A stretch of DNA of 64,000 bases from a virus, in IMG/VR virus record IMGVR_UViG_3300027917_000021, positions 32,001 to 96,000 of that record; one strand, given 5' to 3'. The stretch's first letter is position 1, and each line of letters opens with the position of its first letter. The position numbers and the translations under genes were made by a program. This document shows positions 9,498-18,908 of this stretch, one piece after another. The notes under the pieces are model-generated. The model saw nothing but the letters and a program-made list of their open reading frames with translations. It had not been told where the DNA came from and made no database searches.

Positions 9498-10833
9498 ATA
9501 TTTAGATAAAAAATATAATCAGTATAAAAATAGATCATTAACTTTCGTTAATCCATCAATAGGATTTTGTCCCGGTCTTATGCCGTTAGGAATAGCATCA
9601 CTGTCTTCTTATCTGAAACAGCATGGATTTCATAATATTGATTTTTTAGACGCGAACTGTGAACATATTGAAAATAATTATGAGTATTCTGACATAGTTG
9701 GCATAACAGCAGTTACACAAAATATGGGAGCTGCTATCAGGTACGCACAATGGTTAAAGAGGAAACAACCCAATGTTGTAATTATTTTAGGTGGAGTCCA
9801 TATTACTACATCTAAACAACTGCCAGAGCCTTTTGATATTGGTGTGATAGGGGAAGGAGAAATAACATTATTAGAGCTTATGGTGACTCCTGAATTTATA
9901 CCAGAGCATTTAAAAAATGTATCAGGTATTTGTTATAGAGAGAATAGTGAACTGAAGTTTACCCCTCCTAGACCATTGGTTCCTCAATTGGACGAGTTTC
10001 CAATACCAGACCGTGAAATCATGAATGTAAATTACTATGTTTCTCCAAAGATGCTCATACCATATAATCACGGCAGGACATTATCGTTGCTTACTTCGCG
10101 TGGATGCCCCTTTTCATGTAGCTTTTGTAGTACAAAAGTGCATTGGAATAGATTTAGAGCACATTCTGCAGAACGTGTGGTAGAGGAAATGGAATTGGTA
10201 GTTAATAAATATAATGTAGAGATTCTCCATTTGTTTGATGATTTGTTTACTGCAAACAAGAAAAGATTATTTAAGATAAGAGATCTCATGGTTGAAAAAG
10301 GATTAAATAAACGTGTACGAATGATGTGTTTAGTTCGAAGTGATACTACAGATGATGAGATAATGCAAGCACTTAAAGAAATGAATATAGTAGTTATTGG
10401 AGCAGGCTTTGAAAGCATGTCAAAGAAAATGTTAAAATATATTAAAAAAGACACAACAACTGTAGAACAACACAAACGTCTAGCGGATCTGGCAATAAAA
10501 TATCAAATACCATTAATGGCCAGTTTCTTGATTGGGAATCCAGGAGAAACTATGGAAGATCTACAGGAAACGCTCGAGTTTATAAGATCATATCGACATA
10601 CTAGGATGTTTCAACCACTGTCATATGTTGCTGCAGTGTTTCCTGGAACTGAGTATTATGATATAGCCAAACAGCGTAATTTGCCAGTTGATGATTATGA
10701 ACGCATACTGATGGATATTGTACCAGATATTAATGCATTTAAAAATGCTCCATTGCTAACTGATTTGCCGTTAGAAGATTTTTACAAGATAGCACAAGAA
10801 TTCCAATATGAAACTGTGCTCAAAATAACATAA
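9487..10833 (+). CDS. cobalamin-dependent radical SAM enzyme (class B methyltransferase-like)
   Basis: PLGIASL...LGGVH...GEGE B12-binding domain; TSRGCPFSCSFC; GFES; IGNPGET. Confidence 0.92.
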   Translation: MIDKYLDKKYNQYKNRSLTFVNPSIGFCPGLMPLGIASLSSYLKQHGFHNIDFLDANCEHIENNYEYSDIVGITAVTQNMGAAIRYAQWLKRKQPNVVIILGGVHITTSKQLPEPFDIGVIGEGEITLLELMVTPEFIPEHLKNVSGICYRENSELKFTPPRPLVPQLDEFPIPDREIMNVNYYVSPKMLIPYNHGRTLSLLTSRGCPFSCSFCSTKVHWNRFRAHSAERVVEEMELVVNKYNVEILHLFDDLFTANKKRLFKIRDLMVEKGLNKRVRMMCLVRSDTTDDEIMQALKEMNIVVIGAGFESMSKKMLKYIKKDTTTVEQHKRLADLAIKYQIPLMASFLIGNPGETMEDLQETLEFIRSYRHTRMFQPLSYVAAVFPGTEYYDIAKQRNLPVDDYERILMDIVPDINAFKNAPLLTDLPLEDFYKIAQEFQYETVLKIT

Positions 10834-10843
10834 GTTAAAGAAT

Positions 10844-11680
10844 ATGAATGTAAGTGTTGTACTCTGTAGTAGAAATGACAATTATGGTGGTAGTAGAACA
10901 ATAGAAATGGGGACGGCGTGTTTGCAAACCATGTCCAGGACATTTGAGGAAATTATAGTTGTTGATTTTGGTTCAAAAGCCCAATTATATCCTGTATTTA
11001 AAAATACCATACCGGAAAATTTAGGAAATCTTCGATTCATACATGTACCACAACAATGGGTGTTGGACATCACCAAAGACCCTAAAGTGATGGCAGATGT
11101 TATCGGACGAAATATAGGAATTAGGAGAACTTCTCATGATATCATATTATCTTCAAATATAGACATTATTCCAGCTGAGAGAAGTAAATTTAATTTTAGC
11201 AGTTTTGATAAAGAAGTAATGTATACTTCAGGAAAATATATGGTTGACATTTTATTACTTGCGAAACTTAGGGCACAGGGAAATACATGGGAAGCCATAC
11301 AAAATCATCTGTTTGATACCAGAGGAAATTATTATAGGCAAGGCCCCGTAAATGCAGAGCCATGGTCTATAATGAGTGCTTGTGGTGATTTTCAGCTGGG
11401 ACATCGTGATTTATGGTTTCATCCTGAAGTTAGAGGATTTGAAGAATCTTTAATATACAAAGATTATACGGACACTAATTTGAATAAAAAAATAATAGAG
11501 AATGCTAAAAAAAAGGTAAGAATAGCACCAGATTGGCATATATTTCATCAATCCCATGAAAATAATAGAGGAAAAGTCAAAAGAAATGATATAAATACGG
11601 CGGCCTGGAATTTTAAAAAAACAACTAATACAGAAAATTGGGGATATCCTGATATAAAATTTGAGGAAAATTTAATATGA
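10844..11680 (+). CDS. putative glycosyltransferase (GT-A/GT2-like)
   Basis: SRNDNYGG, VVDFGS, RNIGIRR, SNIDII, GDFQL, GFEE. Confidence 0.7.
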   Translation: MNVSVVLCSRNDNYGGSRTIEMGTACLQTMSRTFEEIIVVDFGSKAQLYPVFKNTIPENLGNLRFIHVPQQWVLDITKDPKVMADVIGRNIGIRRTSHDIILSSNIDIIPAERSKFNFSSFDKEVMYTSGKYMVDILLLAKLRAQGNTWEAIQNHLFDTRGNYYRQGPVNAEPWSIMSACGDFQLGHRDLWFHPEVRGFEESLIYKDYTDTNLNKKIIENAKKKVRIAPDWHIFHQSHENNRGKVKRNDINTAAWNFKKTTNTENWGYPDIKFEENLI

Positions 11681-12678
11681 AAAAGATTGTGGTAGCGGGT
11701 GCGGGTGGTTTCATAGGTGGGCATCTAGTAAATTACTTGAGAAAATTATATCCAAACAGTTTAATTCGTGCAGTGGATATTAAACCATTGAATCAATGGT
11801 ATCAAATTTCTGATCACAGTTTGACAGAAAATTTGGTATTAGATTTAAAAGAATTGGATAATTGTTATAAAGCAGTTAATGGATTTAATGAAGTATATAA
11901 TTTAGCAGCTGATATGGGAGGTATGGGATTTATAGAAAATAACAAAGCTTTATGTATGATAAGTGTACTAATAAATACTCATTTATTAATAGCATCGAGA
12001 GATGTAGGAATTTCTAGATATTTTTACTCATCCTCTGCGTGTGTATATAATGCAGCCAAGCAATTAGATGTAAACAATCCTGGTTTAAAAGAAGAAGATG
12101 CTTATCCAGCAATGCCTGAAGATGGATATGGTTGGGAAAAATTATTTAGTGAAAGAATGTGTAGACACTTCAGTGAAGATTATGGAATGACTGTAAGAGT
12201 TGCTCGTTTTCATAATGTATATGGACCGTATGGAACATATGATGGAGGACGAGAGAAAGCACCCGCAGCTATATGTAGAAAAGTAATTCTCGCAAAAAGA
12301 AATAATGAAGAAACTATATCTATTTGGGGAGATGGTCAACAGACGCGTAGTTTTATGTATATTGATGATTGTCTACAAGGTATTACAAGAATAATGCATA
12401 GCGATATAGAAGAACCTATAAATTTAGGCAGTAGAGAAATGGTGTCTATCAATCAATTGGTGGACATAGTACAGGATATTGCAGAAATAACTTTAACGAA
12501 GAAATATGAGCTGTCTGCCCCAAAAGGAGTAAGAGGTAGAAATAGTGATAATACCTTGTTACGCAAATATTTTGGGTGGGAACCTTCCATTAGTCTAAAA
12601 GAGGGCTTAAAATGGACTTATATTTGGATAGAAAACATGTTAGCAAAAGCTGATAGTAAAAATAAATTTAATTTATGA
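11677..12678 (+). CDS. GDP-mannose 3',5'-epimerase-like NAD-dependent epimerase
   Basis: GAGGFIG, LAADMGGMGFI, SSSACVY, YGWEK, GGREKAPAAICRK, GVRGRNSDN: GME signature motifs. Confidence 0.9.
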   Translation: MKKIVVAGAGGFIGGHLVNYLRKLYPNSLIRAVDIKPLNQWYQISDHSLTENLVLDLKELDNCYKAVNGFNEVYNLAADMGGMGFIENNKALCMISVLINTHLLIASRDVGISRYFYSSSACVYNAAKQLDVNNPGLKEEDAYPAMPEDGYGWEKLFSERMCRHFSEDYGMTVRVARFHNVYGPYGTYDGGREKAPAAICRKVILAKRNNEETISIWGDGQQTRSFMYIDDCLQGITRIMHSDIEEPINLGSREMVSINQLVDIVQDIAEITLTKKYELSAPKGVRGRNSDNTLLRKYFGWEPSISLKEGLKWTYIWIENMLAKADSKNKFNL

Positions 12679-13979
12679 AATCTGTATTATTTATAGAAAA
12701 AAAATTGAGAATAGATAAAATAGGATTTTTGTATTTATCAGCCATCATGAAAAATGCTGGACATAAAGTCGATATGATACAAGATGACGTAGAAAATGCA
12801 GAGAAATATTTAGAAAACAATTCTGTTGATTTTATAATGTATTCTGTGATGACTGGGGAACATTTGTGGTTTATTCAGAAAAATCAAGAATTAAAAAAGA
12901 AGCATAATTTCATATCAGTAATGGGAGGCCCACATTTTACATTTTTTCCTGAACAAGGAATAAGTGATCCAAATATAGATTATGTGGTGAGAGGACCTGG
13001 AGAAAATATTATATTAGATATTATAGATGGTAAAATTAATAATAAATTTATTGTAGGTTCTATGCCTGACGTAGAATCCTTACCACATCCTGATAGGGAA
13101 CCATTGTATAAATATGAAGAGTTTGGCAATTCTAGCATGAAAAGGTTTATTGCATGTCGTTATTGCTTATATAGTTGTAAATATTGTTTTAATCATGCAT
13201 ATAAAAAATTATATAAAAATGATAAAAGCAAAATGTCACAACGTGTGTCCCCACATAAAATGGTGGATGAGATATTACAAGTTAAATTAAAATATGGATT
13301 AGAAACAGTATATTTTAATGATGATGATTTGGCGGGAGACCATGATTGGTTAGAAGTATTTTGTGACTTATATAAAAAGAAAATAAATTTACCATTCTGT
13401 GGATCTATGAGAGCTAATAGTGCTACTAGAGAAATAATAGCTATGTTAGCAGACGCAGGCGCTACATTTATGAATCTTGCTTTAGAGTCAGCTAATCCAA
13501 AAACACAGAAAATATTAGGACGTGGATTTATTACCAATGAGCAAGTCAAACAAGCTTGCGAAGATTGTGCAAATTTTGGAATAAAAGTTCGATTACAAAA
13601 TATGATTGGATTACCTGTAGAAAATCCATTGCAGGATGCATTAGATACTTTAGAGTTTAATATGGAAATAAATCCAACAGATTCTTGGGCTTCAATTTTT
13701 CAACCATTCCCTGGAACCGAATTATGGCAATATTGTGTAGATAAGGAACTGATTAGTATAGATACACAGAGTGTAAATTTTTATGAAGGAACACAATTAA
13801 AGATAAATGATTCAGAAAAAATCAATAGATTGCATAAATGGTGGTTTTTTATAGTTAAATATCAAATACCAGTACAGTTAGTAAACATACTATTAGATTT
13901 GCCTTTAACGGACGATCAAAAAATGGAAATGCAAAATTTCAGATGGGATATAGCAAAGGAATTATTATATGGAATGTAA
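12675..13979 (+). CDS. cobalamin-dependent radical SAM enzyme
   Basis: GGPH..RGPGE B12 domain; CLYSCKYC; LES; IGLP. Confidence 0.88.
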   Translation: MKSVLFIEKKLRIDKIGFLYLSAIMKNAGHKVDMIQDDVENAEKYLENNSVDFIMYSVMTGEHLWFIQKNQELKKKHNFISVMGGPHFTFFPEQGISDPNIDYVVRGPGENIILDIIDGKINNKFIVGSMPDVESLPHPDREPLYKYEEFGNSSMKRFIACRYCLYSCKYCFNHAYKKLYKNDKSKMSQRVSPHKMVDEILQVKLKYGLETVYFNDDDLAGDHDWLEVFCDLYKKKINLPFCGSMRANSATREIIAMLADAGATFMNLALESANPKTQKILGRGFITNEQVKQACEDCANFGIKVRLQNMIGLPVENPLQDALDTLEFNMEINPTDSWASIFQPFPGTELWQYCVDKELISIDTQSVNFYEGTQLKINDSEKINRLHKWWFFIVKYQIPVQLVNILLDLPLTDDQKMEMQNFRWDIAKELLYGM

Positions 13980-14889
13980 GTACATAGTAACAACTACTAT
14001 TAATTCTCCTACTGAGGCAACTATGAAGTTTCTTCAAAAGAAAAATTGGAAAATGACCATTGTGGGTGATAAAAAAACTCCACATATGGCTTATCGTGAA
14101 TTAGAAAAAATTTATCCACAATTGCATTATATGGATCCGGATGAACAAGATGCATTATATCCAGAGTTAAGTAAAGCTATAGGATGGAATAAAATAATGA
14201 GGCGTAATTTAGGTTTTGTGTATTCTTATCAGCAAGGCGCCGATGTAATAGCAAGCATAGATGATGATAATATTCCATATGAAGAATGGGGAAATGATGT
14301 ATATATTGGCGAGGAAATAGTACTCGATTGTTGGAGTGCAGATAATGGTGTTTTTGATCCTTTAAGTGTGACTAATGCCAATTATATGTGGCACCGAGGA
14401 TATCCATCTGAACTAATACCAACCAGAAATAATATTAAGTATGTGGGAAGAATAAAAAGGAAAGTATTAGTACAGGCTGATTTATGGGATGGCGTTCCGG
14501 ATGTTGATGCTATGAATAGGATTATTCATAATCCTCGTATAAAATTACATGTTGATGGTCCATTTTGTAGTGATAACATTGCGCCGTTTAACAGTCAAAA
14601 TACATTTTTACATAGGGACGTAATACCATATTATATGGTGTTACCTTATGCTGGTAGAATGGATGATATTTGGGCTTCTTATATATTGCAAAAAGAATTT
14701 CCAAATTCTGTTATATTTAATAAACCAACCGTGTATCAAGAGAGGCATGAACCACATTATAGAAATATGAAGGATTTAAAGGATGAGACAATGGGATATG
14801 AATATACATTGAAATTTATCCACGACCAATATCAATTGCCGAAGGAATCTGCAAAAGCGTATCAAATATATAGAGATTCTTTTAAATAA
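13969..14889 (+). CDS. STELLO/DUF288-like putative glycosyltransferase
   Basis: IVTTTIN, VGDKKTP, RRNLG, DDDN, WHRGYP, PDVDA, PFNSQNT, RMDDIW. Confidence 0.8.
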   Translation: MECKYIVTTTINSPTEATMKFLQKKNWKMTIVGDKKTPHMAYRELEKIYPQLHYMDPDEQDALYPELSKAIGWNKIMRRNLGFVYSYQQGADVIASIDDDNIPYEEWGNDVYIGEEIVLDCWSADNGVFDPLSVTNANYMWHRGYPSELIPTRNNIKYVGRIKRKVLVQADLWDGVPDVDAMNRIIHNPRIKLHVDGPFCSDNIAPFNSQNTFLHRDVIPYYMVLPYAGRMDDIWASYILQKEFPNSVIFNKPTVYQERHEPHYRNMKDLKDETMGYEYTLKFIHDQYQLPKESAKAYQIYRDSFK

Positions 14890-14904
14890 ATTTTATAATA
14901 AACT

Positions 14905-15141
14905 ATGGAAGATGATATAACAAAAAAATCAACAGCCACATTAATAGATGAATTAATAACTACATCTATGAAATGCTGGTTTGCACAAGAAGCTGTCATG
15001 AATGGCGGAGATGATGCCAAAGTGGCAGAAGCTGCCAAAATGGCACAAATTACTAATGCTAGAAGAAATAAACTGATTCGAGCTATAGATGATAGACTTG
15101 GAGAATCAGACAATACCCAATTGAGTAAAACTTATGCTTAA
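14905..15141 (+). CDS. DUF4254-like protein
   Basis: LIDEL...KCWFAQE...NARRNKLIRAID helical pattern; family usually adjacent to GT9 genes. Confidence 0.6.
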   Translation: MEDDITKKSTATLIDELITTSMKCWFAQEAVMNGGDDAKVAEAAKMAQITNARRNKLIRAIDDRLGESDNTQLSKTYA

Positions 15142-15922
15142 ATATGCTTTTTCACATCCAGGAAAAATAGGAGACTTTCTTTATATACTTCCTACTGCAC
15201 GATATATTTGTGAACGCGATGGAGCAATAGCAGATATTTATACTAGTGAAATGTGTGCTTCAACAAAAAAATTAGTAGAATTTCAAAGTTATGTAAATGA
15301 ATTTATAATACCAAAAGACTATAAGATTCAGCATTTTAATATGGGAGTACAGCCATGGAAAATGCCAATAGATGAAAGTAAATATGATAAAGTGTTTCAA
15401 TTAGGGTTTCAGGGGCCTCCACATGGTCCTTTACATGCATGGATAGCTAAAACTGCGGGCTTGGATATAATTCCTCCTGTAACATATGATTATCCAGATT
15501 TAGTTAATCCTGATAAACCTTATATTGTTTTAGCACATTGTGGATATCATACTTTGCCAAATTTAAAAAAGGCTTACGAATATTTTTTACTTAATAGTCC
15601 AATTACTTGTGCTGTAGTAGGCATTGAGGGTGATCGAATTCATGCCCAGGGTGGATATTATGATTTAATTGGGTTGGATTTTCTATATTTGGCAGGATTA
15701 ATAAGTGATGCCGTAGCGTATGTTGGATTTTATTCTGGACAGTTAGCAATAGCTAATGGATTTCCAGGATTATTGAAAGTTTTAACAAGTTCTCGTAGTG
15801 GTGGAGAAACAGAAGGATTAAATATTCCAATAACTATAAATTTGCCTTCTACTACACAAGGACCACAGTTGTTGGATACCGTTATGAGAAATGTAGATAG
15901 AAAATACGGAGGAAGTAAATAA
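15134..15922 (+). CDS. GT9 (heptosyltransferase)-like glycosyltransferase
   Basis: GKIGDFL...P N-terminus; YIVLAH; LISDAVAYVGFYSG resembles GT9 DSG motif. Confidence 0.65.
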   Translation: MLKYAFSHPGKIGDFLYILPTARYICERDGAIADIYTSEMCASTKKLVEFQSYVNEFIIPKDYKIQHFNMGVQPWKMPIDESKYDKVFQLGFQGPPHGPLHAWIAKTAGLDIIPPVTYDYPDLVNPDKPYIVLAHCGYHTLPNLKKAYEYFLLNSPITCAVVGIEGDRIHAQGGYYDLIGLDFLYLAGLISDAVAYVGFYSGQLAIANGFPGLLKVLTSSRSGGETEGLNIPITINLPSTTQGPQLLDTVMRNVDRKYGGSK

Positions 15923-16360
15923 ATGCCTACAACAACTAAAAAACCCGTTGCAGAAAGACGCACAAATAATAAAAAAAGAAAACATAGAACATGGATTTGG
16001 TGGATTTTGGTTATATCCCCGATTTTGGTTAGTATGTGGCTTTTTATCTTGCCTGAGTTAGGCGTAGACGCGATTTCTCTTAAAACTGTTTCTGTAGAAG
16101 AAGCTACAAAAGTGCCTTCTTCTGAGAAAAAAGCAATTCGTAGATCACCGGCCGCAGGTGCAGATAGGGAAGCCTATGCTAGACCTAATACTACACAACC
16201 TACAAAACCAGAAAATGGTGATAATGACTCCGACGGAATAAGTGAAGATACCAAAGATGATATAGATTGGGCACTTGGCCATTTATATAAATTGTTGCCT
16301 TTAATTATTTCTTTGGTTGCTATATTCAAAAAAGGTTCTATTATGGGACGAGCTTCTTAA
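15923..16360 (+). CDS. membrane protein (2 hydrophobic segments)
   Basis: Basic N-terminus, WIWWILVISPILVSMWLFIL and LLPLIISLVAIF; GGAGG RBS. Confidence 0.6.
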   Translation: MPTTTKKPVAERRTNNKKRKHRTWIWWILVISPILVSMWLFILPELGVDAISLKTVSVEEATKVPSSEKKAIRRSPAAGADREAYARPNTTQPTKPENGDNDSDGISEDTKDDIDWALGHLYKLLPLIISLVAIFKKGSIMGRAS

Positions 16361-16555
16361 ATGGATGGCTGTTTACCCTGTATTTGTGGTAGTATTAGAT
16401 TAATTCCTAATGTTTATATAGGTAATCCCACGTGTATATCCGTATACTGTATTGATTGTGAACGAGAGGGTGGCCGTGGTGAAGATGATAAAAAGGCTAT
16501 TTTAGCATGGAATTCTATGATTGTAGAGCTTATCAAGCCAAAAATCACGCCATAA
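16361..16555 (+). CDS. Lar-family restriction alleviation zinc-finger protein
   Basis: LPCICG...VYCIDC...KAILAWN matches the Lar pattern. Confidence 0.65.
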   Translation: MDGCLPCICGSIRLIPNVYIGNPTCISVYCIDCEREGGRGEDDKKAILAWNSMIVELIKPKITP

Positions 16556-16586
16556 TGGCGGAATAGCTGCTTTTTTGCCCGTGTAA

Positions 16587-16796
16587 ATGGTTCGCCGAAG
16601 AAACGTTACTTTTTGGGAGTGTGATAACTTTATGATTATTTGTATTGATGTAAGTGTTGATGAAAATGGAACTGAAAAAGAAACATTGGAAGAGATTAGA
16701 AAAAAGATTAAAGATGCATTGAAAGATTGTAAAAGTGCAAAACTTATAAAACGGTTTGGTAATGTAGGAATAACTTTTTGGGAAATGTATTATTGA
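16587..16796 (+). CDS. hypothetical protein
   Basis: 69 aa ORF. Confidence 0.5.
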   Translation: MVRRRNVTFWECDNFMIICIDVSVDENGTEKETLEEIRKKIKDALKDCKSAKLIKRFGNVGITFWEMYY

Positions 16797-16907
16797 TATT
16801 TTTATTTTGCGCGATGGTATAGTGGTAACATCGAAAACGCGTTTATGCAACTTTTTTACCCGCGTACAGAGCTAACCCTACTTTTTTTATTTTGCATATG
16901 TAAGACA

Positions 16908-17159
16908 ATGGGACAGAACATACGACAAAGTGACATATCAAACCTTAATATTGTTGAGGTTAACGATAAAAAATATCATGTCAAACGTGTCATTCCTTCT
17001 GACAACATGACAGACGACAAGATCAATGCAATCAAGGAACTATGGGCATGCGACACAGTGTTGAAAAAGCAGGGAAATCACTACTTTTGTGTCGAAATAT
17101 CCGACACTACATGGGAGGATGTGTATGAAAATGTGCCACAAGTGCGGGAAAATGTATAA
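16908..17159 (+). CDS. hypothetical protein
   Basis: Likely start MGQNIRQ at 16908. Confidence 0.55.
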   Translation: MGQNIRQSDISNLNIVEVNDKKYHVKRVIPSDNMTDDKINAIKELWACDTVLKKQGNHYFCVEISDTTWEDVYENVPQVRENV

Positions 17160-17328
17160 AAATACGTGGGTTGCACCCAGTTTTTTGTTTAAGGTAGTAG
17201 ACCTAGATGAAAAATCAACACCAGGAACCCTATGTGTGTTGTGTTTCGAACGTGCTTGTGCTGAATTAGGCATTGATGTGTATGTTAGTGTTAGTATTCA
17301 TCCCTCATACAACCATAATGGGGATTAA
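17089..17328 (+). CDS. small zinc-finger protein (start probably downstream, MCHKC)
   Basis: CHKC...W...LCVLCFE pattern. Confidence 0.55.
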   Translation: MSKYPTLHGRMCMKMCHKCGKMYKNTWVAPSFLFKVVDLDEKSTPGTLCVLCFERACAELGIDVYVSVSIHPSYNHNGD

Positions 17329-17353
17329 TATTTATTCCTCATACAACCATAAT
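17303..17353. repeat. 17-bp direct repeat CCTCATACAACCATAAT x2
   Basis: Copies at 17303-17319 and 17337-17353 immediately upstream of a TTGACA. Confidence 0.8.
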
Positions 17354-17358
17354 AGGGG

Positions 17359-17387
17359 TTGACATTTATATAAAAATTGTGTAAGTT
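17359..17387 (+). promoter_or_regulatory. sigma70-type promoter for candidate sRNA
   Basis: TTGACA-N17-TAAGTT. Confidence 0.65.
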
Positions 17388-17393
17388 AGACTA

Positions 17394-17505
17394 GATCTTT
17401 TAAAAAAATTGCATAGAATCTCATCTATGTGCAACCTATCTAGAGCTTCCTTATCTTTAGATAGTATCGTTCAGTCAAGGGGCTACGCATGTGGCCCCTT
17501 TTTTT
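17394..17505 (+). ncRNA. candidate ~110-nt sRNA
   Basis: Promoter, hairpins TTGCATAGA..TCTATGTGCAA and CTATCTAGAG..CTTTAGATAG, terminator GGGGCTAC-GCAT-GTGGCCCC-T7; no ORF. Confidence 0.55.
17479..17505 (+). terminator. intrinsic terminator
   Basis: GGGGCTACGCATGTGGCCCC followed by T run. Confidence 0.8.
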
Positions 17506-17510
17506 AAGCT

Positions 17511-17656
17511 AAAAAAAGAAAGGCTATGTATTGATCTTATACCATAGCCTATCTGTCCAGACATCCCGGGCCAGTTTCTAAGCGTGGCGTATGGGATTCG
17601 CACGATTGATAGAACTTTCATAGCTCCTATTTCAATATAGGCAGCTTTAAAGCTTT
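17511..17656 (-). ncRNA. candidate ~145-nt structured RNA
   Basis: GGNATAAGA motif at 17661-17674, 5' rod hairpin, ends in AGGCTATG..CATAGCCT + U-rich tract. Confidence 0.4.
17530..17543 (-). promoter_or_regulatory. phage promoter motif GGNATAAGAnnnnT (inside hairpin)
   Basis: GGTATAAGATCAAT. Confidence 0.5.
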
Positions 17657-17660
17657 CTAC

Positions 17661-17674
17661 AATATTCTTATACC
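17661..17674 (-). promoter_or_regulatory. phage promoter motif GGNATAAGAnnnnT
   Basis: GGTATAAGAATATT. Confidence 0.65.
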
Positions 17675-17695
17675 AAAAATATACAAAAAAGACGG

Positions 17696-17911
17696 TTATA
17701 TACCTGGCCCTGTATCTTCTATTATTTGTACCTCATATCGTACTATAGTTTGGGTAAATATCTGTGTGCCCTCATCTATTGCCAGGGCAGCAGGCCCATA
17801 AAGTTCCCAACCATGTGATATACGCCATTTAACCAGGTTTTTTAGCTCTGTGATATCAAGAGCTGTTATAATGTCATAATCAACAATTTTACACATTTTT
17901 AATCCTTTCAA
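17696..17911 (-). CDS. DUF1737-family protein
   Basis: YDII...LV...ISHGWELYG......FTQTIVR pattern. Confidence 0.7.
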   Translation of the reverse strand: MKGLKMCKIVDYDIITALDITELKNLVKWRISHGWELYGPAALAIDEGTQIFTQTIVRYEVQIIEDTGPGI

Positions 17912-18098
17912 AAACCGAAGGGGGTCAAGTATATAGCAACGCTTTTTGTAACACTACTTAAAACACAAAACGGGTCTCTAGCTAGGGTAATATCTACATT
18001 CCTATATATAAATAGTACTATTTGGGTGAAAAAAAGGCCGGATATTATATATATTCTGGAAATTTTTACTGACCTTTTAAGAAAATCTCAAGTAATAC

Positions 18099-18326
18099 TT
18101 AATATTTTAAGTTATAAAAAACTTTCTGCCTTATTTTAAAACCAATCTTTTTTCTCTTTTTTGTTGCCATATTAGTAGAGATACCTAACTTCTCTCCTAT
18201 TTCTTTGTCAGTCAAATTTTCCACAGTTCGTAATTTAAAAATAAATTTTTCCTGTTGAGTAAGATAATCAGGAATTTTACCTTTTGTAAATTTTTCAGAC
18301 CCATCGAAAATTTCCTTATGTTTCAT
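18099..18326 (-). CDS. stand-alone sigma70 region-4-like HTH protein
   Basis: LTQQEKFIFKLR..ENLTDKEIGEKLGIS......RKK. Confidence 0.75.
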   Translation of the reverse strand: MKHKEIFDGSEKFTKGKIPDYLTQQEKFIFKLRTVENLTDKEIGEKLGISTNMATKKRKKIGFKIRQKVFYNLKY

Positions 18327-18448
18327 AATAATTCCCCTTTAAAAATCTACACACAGTTAGTTATCATTTAATTTAAATTTATTATATATTATATATTATA
18401 TTATATTTAAAAGGCTCCCAAACAATTATTCAGGAGCCACAAAACCAA

Positions 18449-18700
18449 TTAATTAAGAATTACTTCGTCTTCTGCAGCCTCCAGACCATCGTCCATCATA
18501 TCATTGGCCTCATCAATCATACCGGTAATATCGCCTTCGGGATATAGAAAATCATCAGAATTAACTTCCTTTTTGCATGAAGGGCATTTGTAAATGATAG
18601 CATCATCATCCCGACGAACGAAATCATCAGAGCGATCAATTTCATTTTTGCAATGCGGACACATTGCGCGGATATATCCGCTATAACCTAAATTACCCAT
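18449..18700 (-). CDS. zinc-ribbon protein, acidic tail
   Basis: CPHC and CPSC; AGGAGG RBS. Confidence 0.7.
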   Translation of the reverse strand: MGNLGYSGYIRAMCPHCKNEIDRSDDFVRRDDDAIIYKCPSCKKEVNSDDFLYPEGDITGMIDEANDMMDDGLEAAEDEVILN

Positions 18701-18881
18701 GATACCTCCTTAGTTTTTTAGACAACAAACCAATTATAGTACTAAATACAAACATACTTATCAAAACAGTACCAACATCATTGAGCGTCAAGTTGGTAGT
18801 TACAAAAAATAAAGCAATACCCACAATAGCAAACAGAATTACAAACATTCCACCAATACTTTCTTTTCTTGAACTCATCAT
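18693..18881 (-). CDS. small 2-TM membrane protein
   Basis: Two hydrophobic stretches; AAGGAGAG RBS; GGNATAAGA motif upstream. Confidence 0.7.
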   Translation of the reverse strand: MMSSRKESIGGMFVILFAIVGIALFFVTTNLTLNDVGTVLISMFVFSTIIGLLSKKLRRYHG

Positions 18882-18908
18882 ACTCTCCTTTATTTAGATG
18901 TTTATACT

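Noticed and set aside
4712-15922. Host chromosomal LPS/capsule locus
   Set aside because: No wzx/wzy/ABC exporter, flanked on both sides by phage genes, and shares the phage's divergent promoter arrangement
17303-17353. Direct repeats as a mini CRISPR array (also 22050-22106, 25539-25573)
   Set aside because: Only two copies each, spacers 0-17 bp, no cas genes
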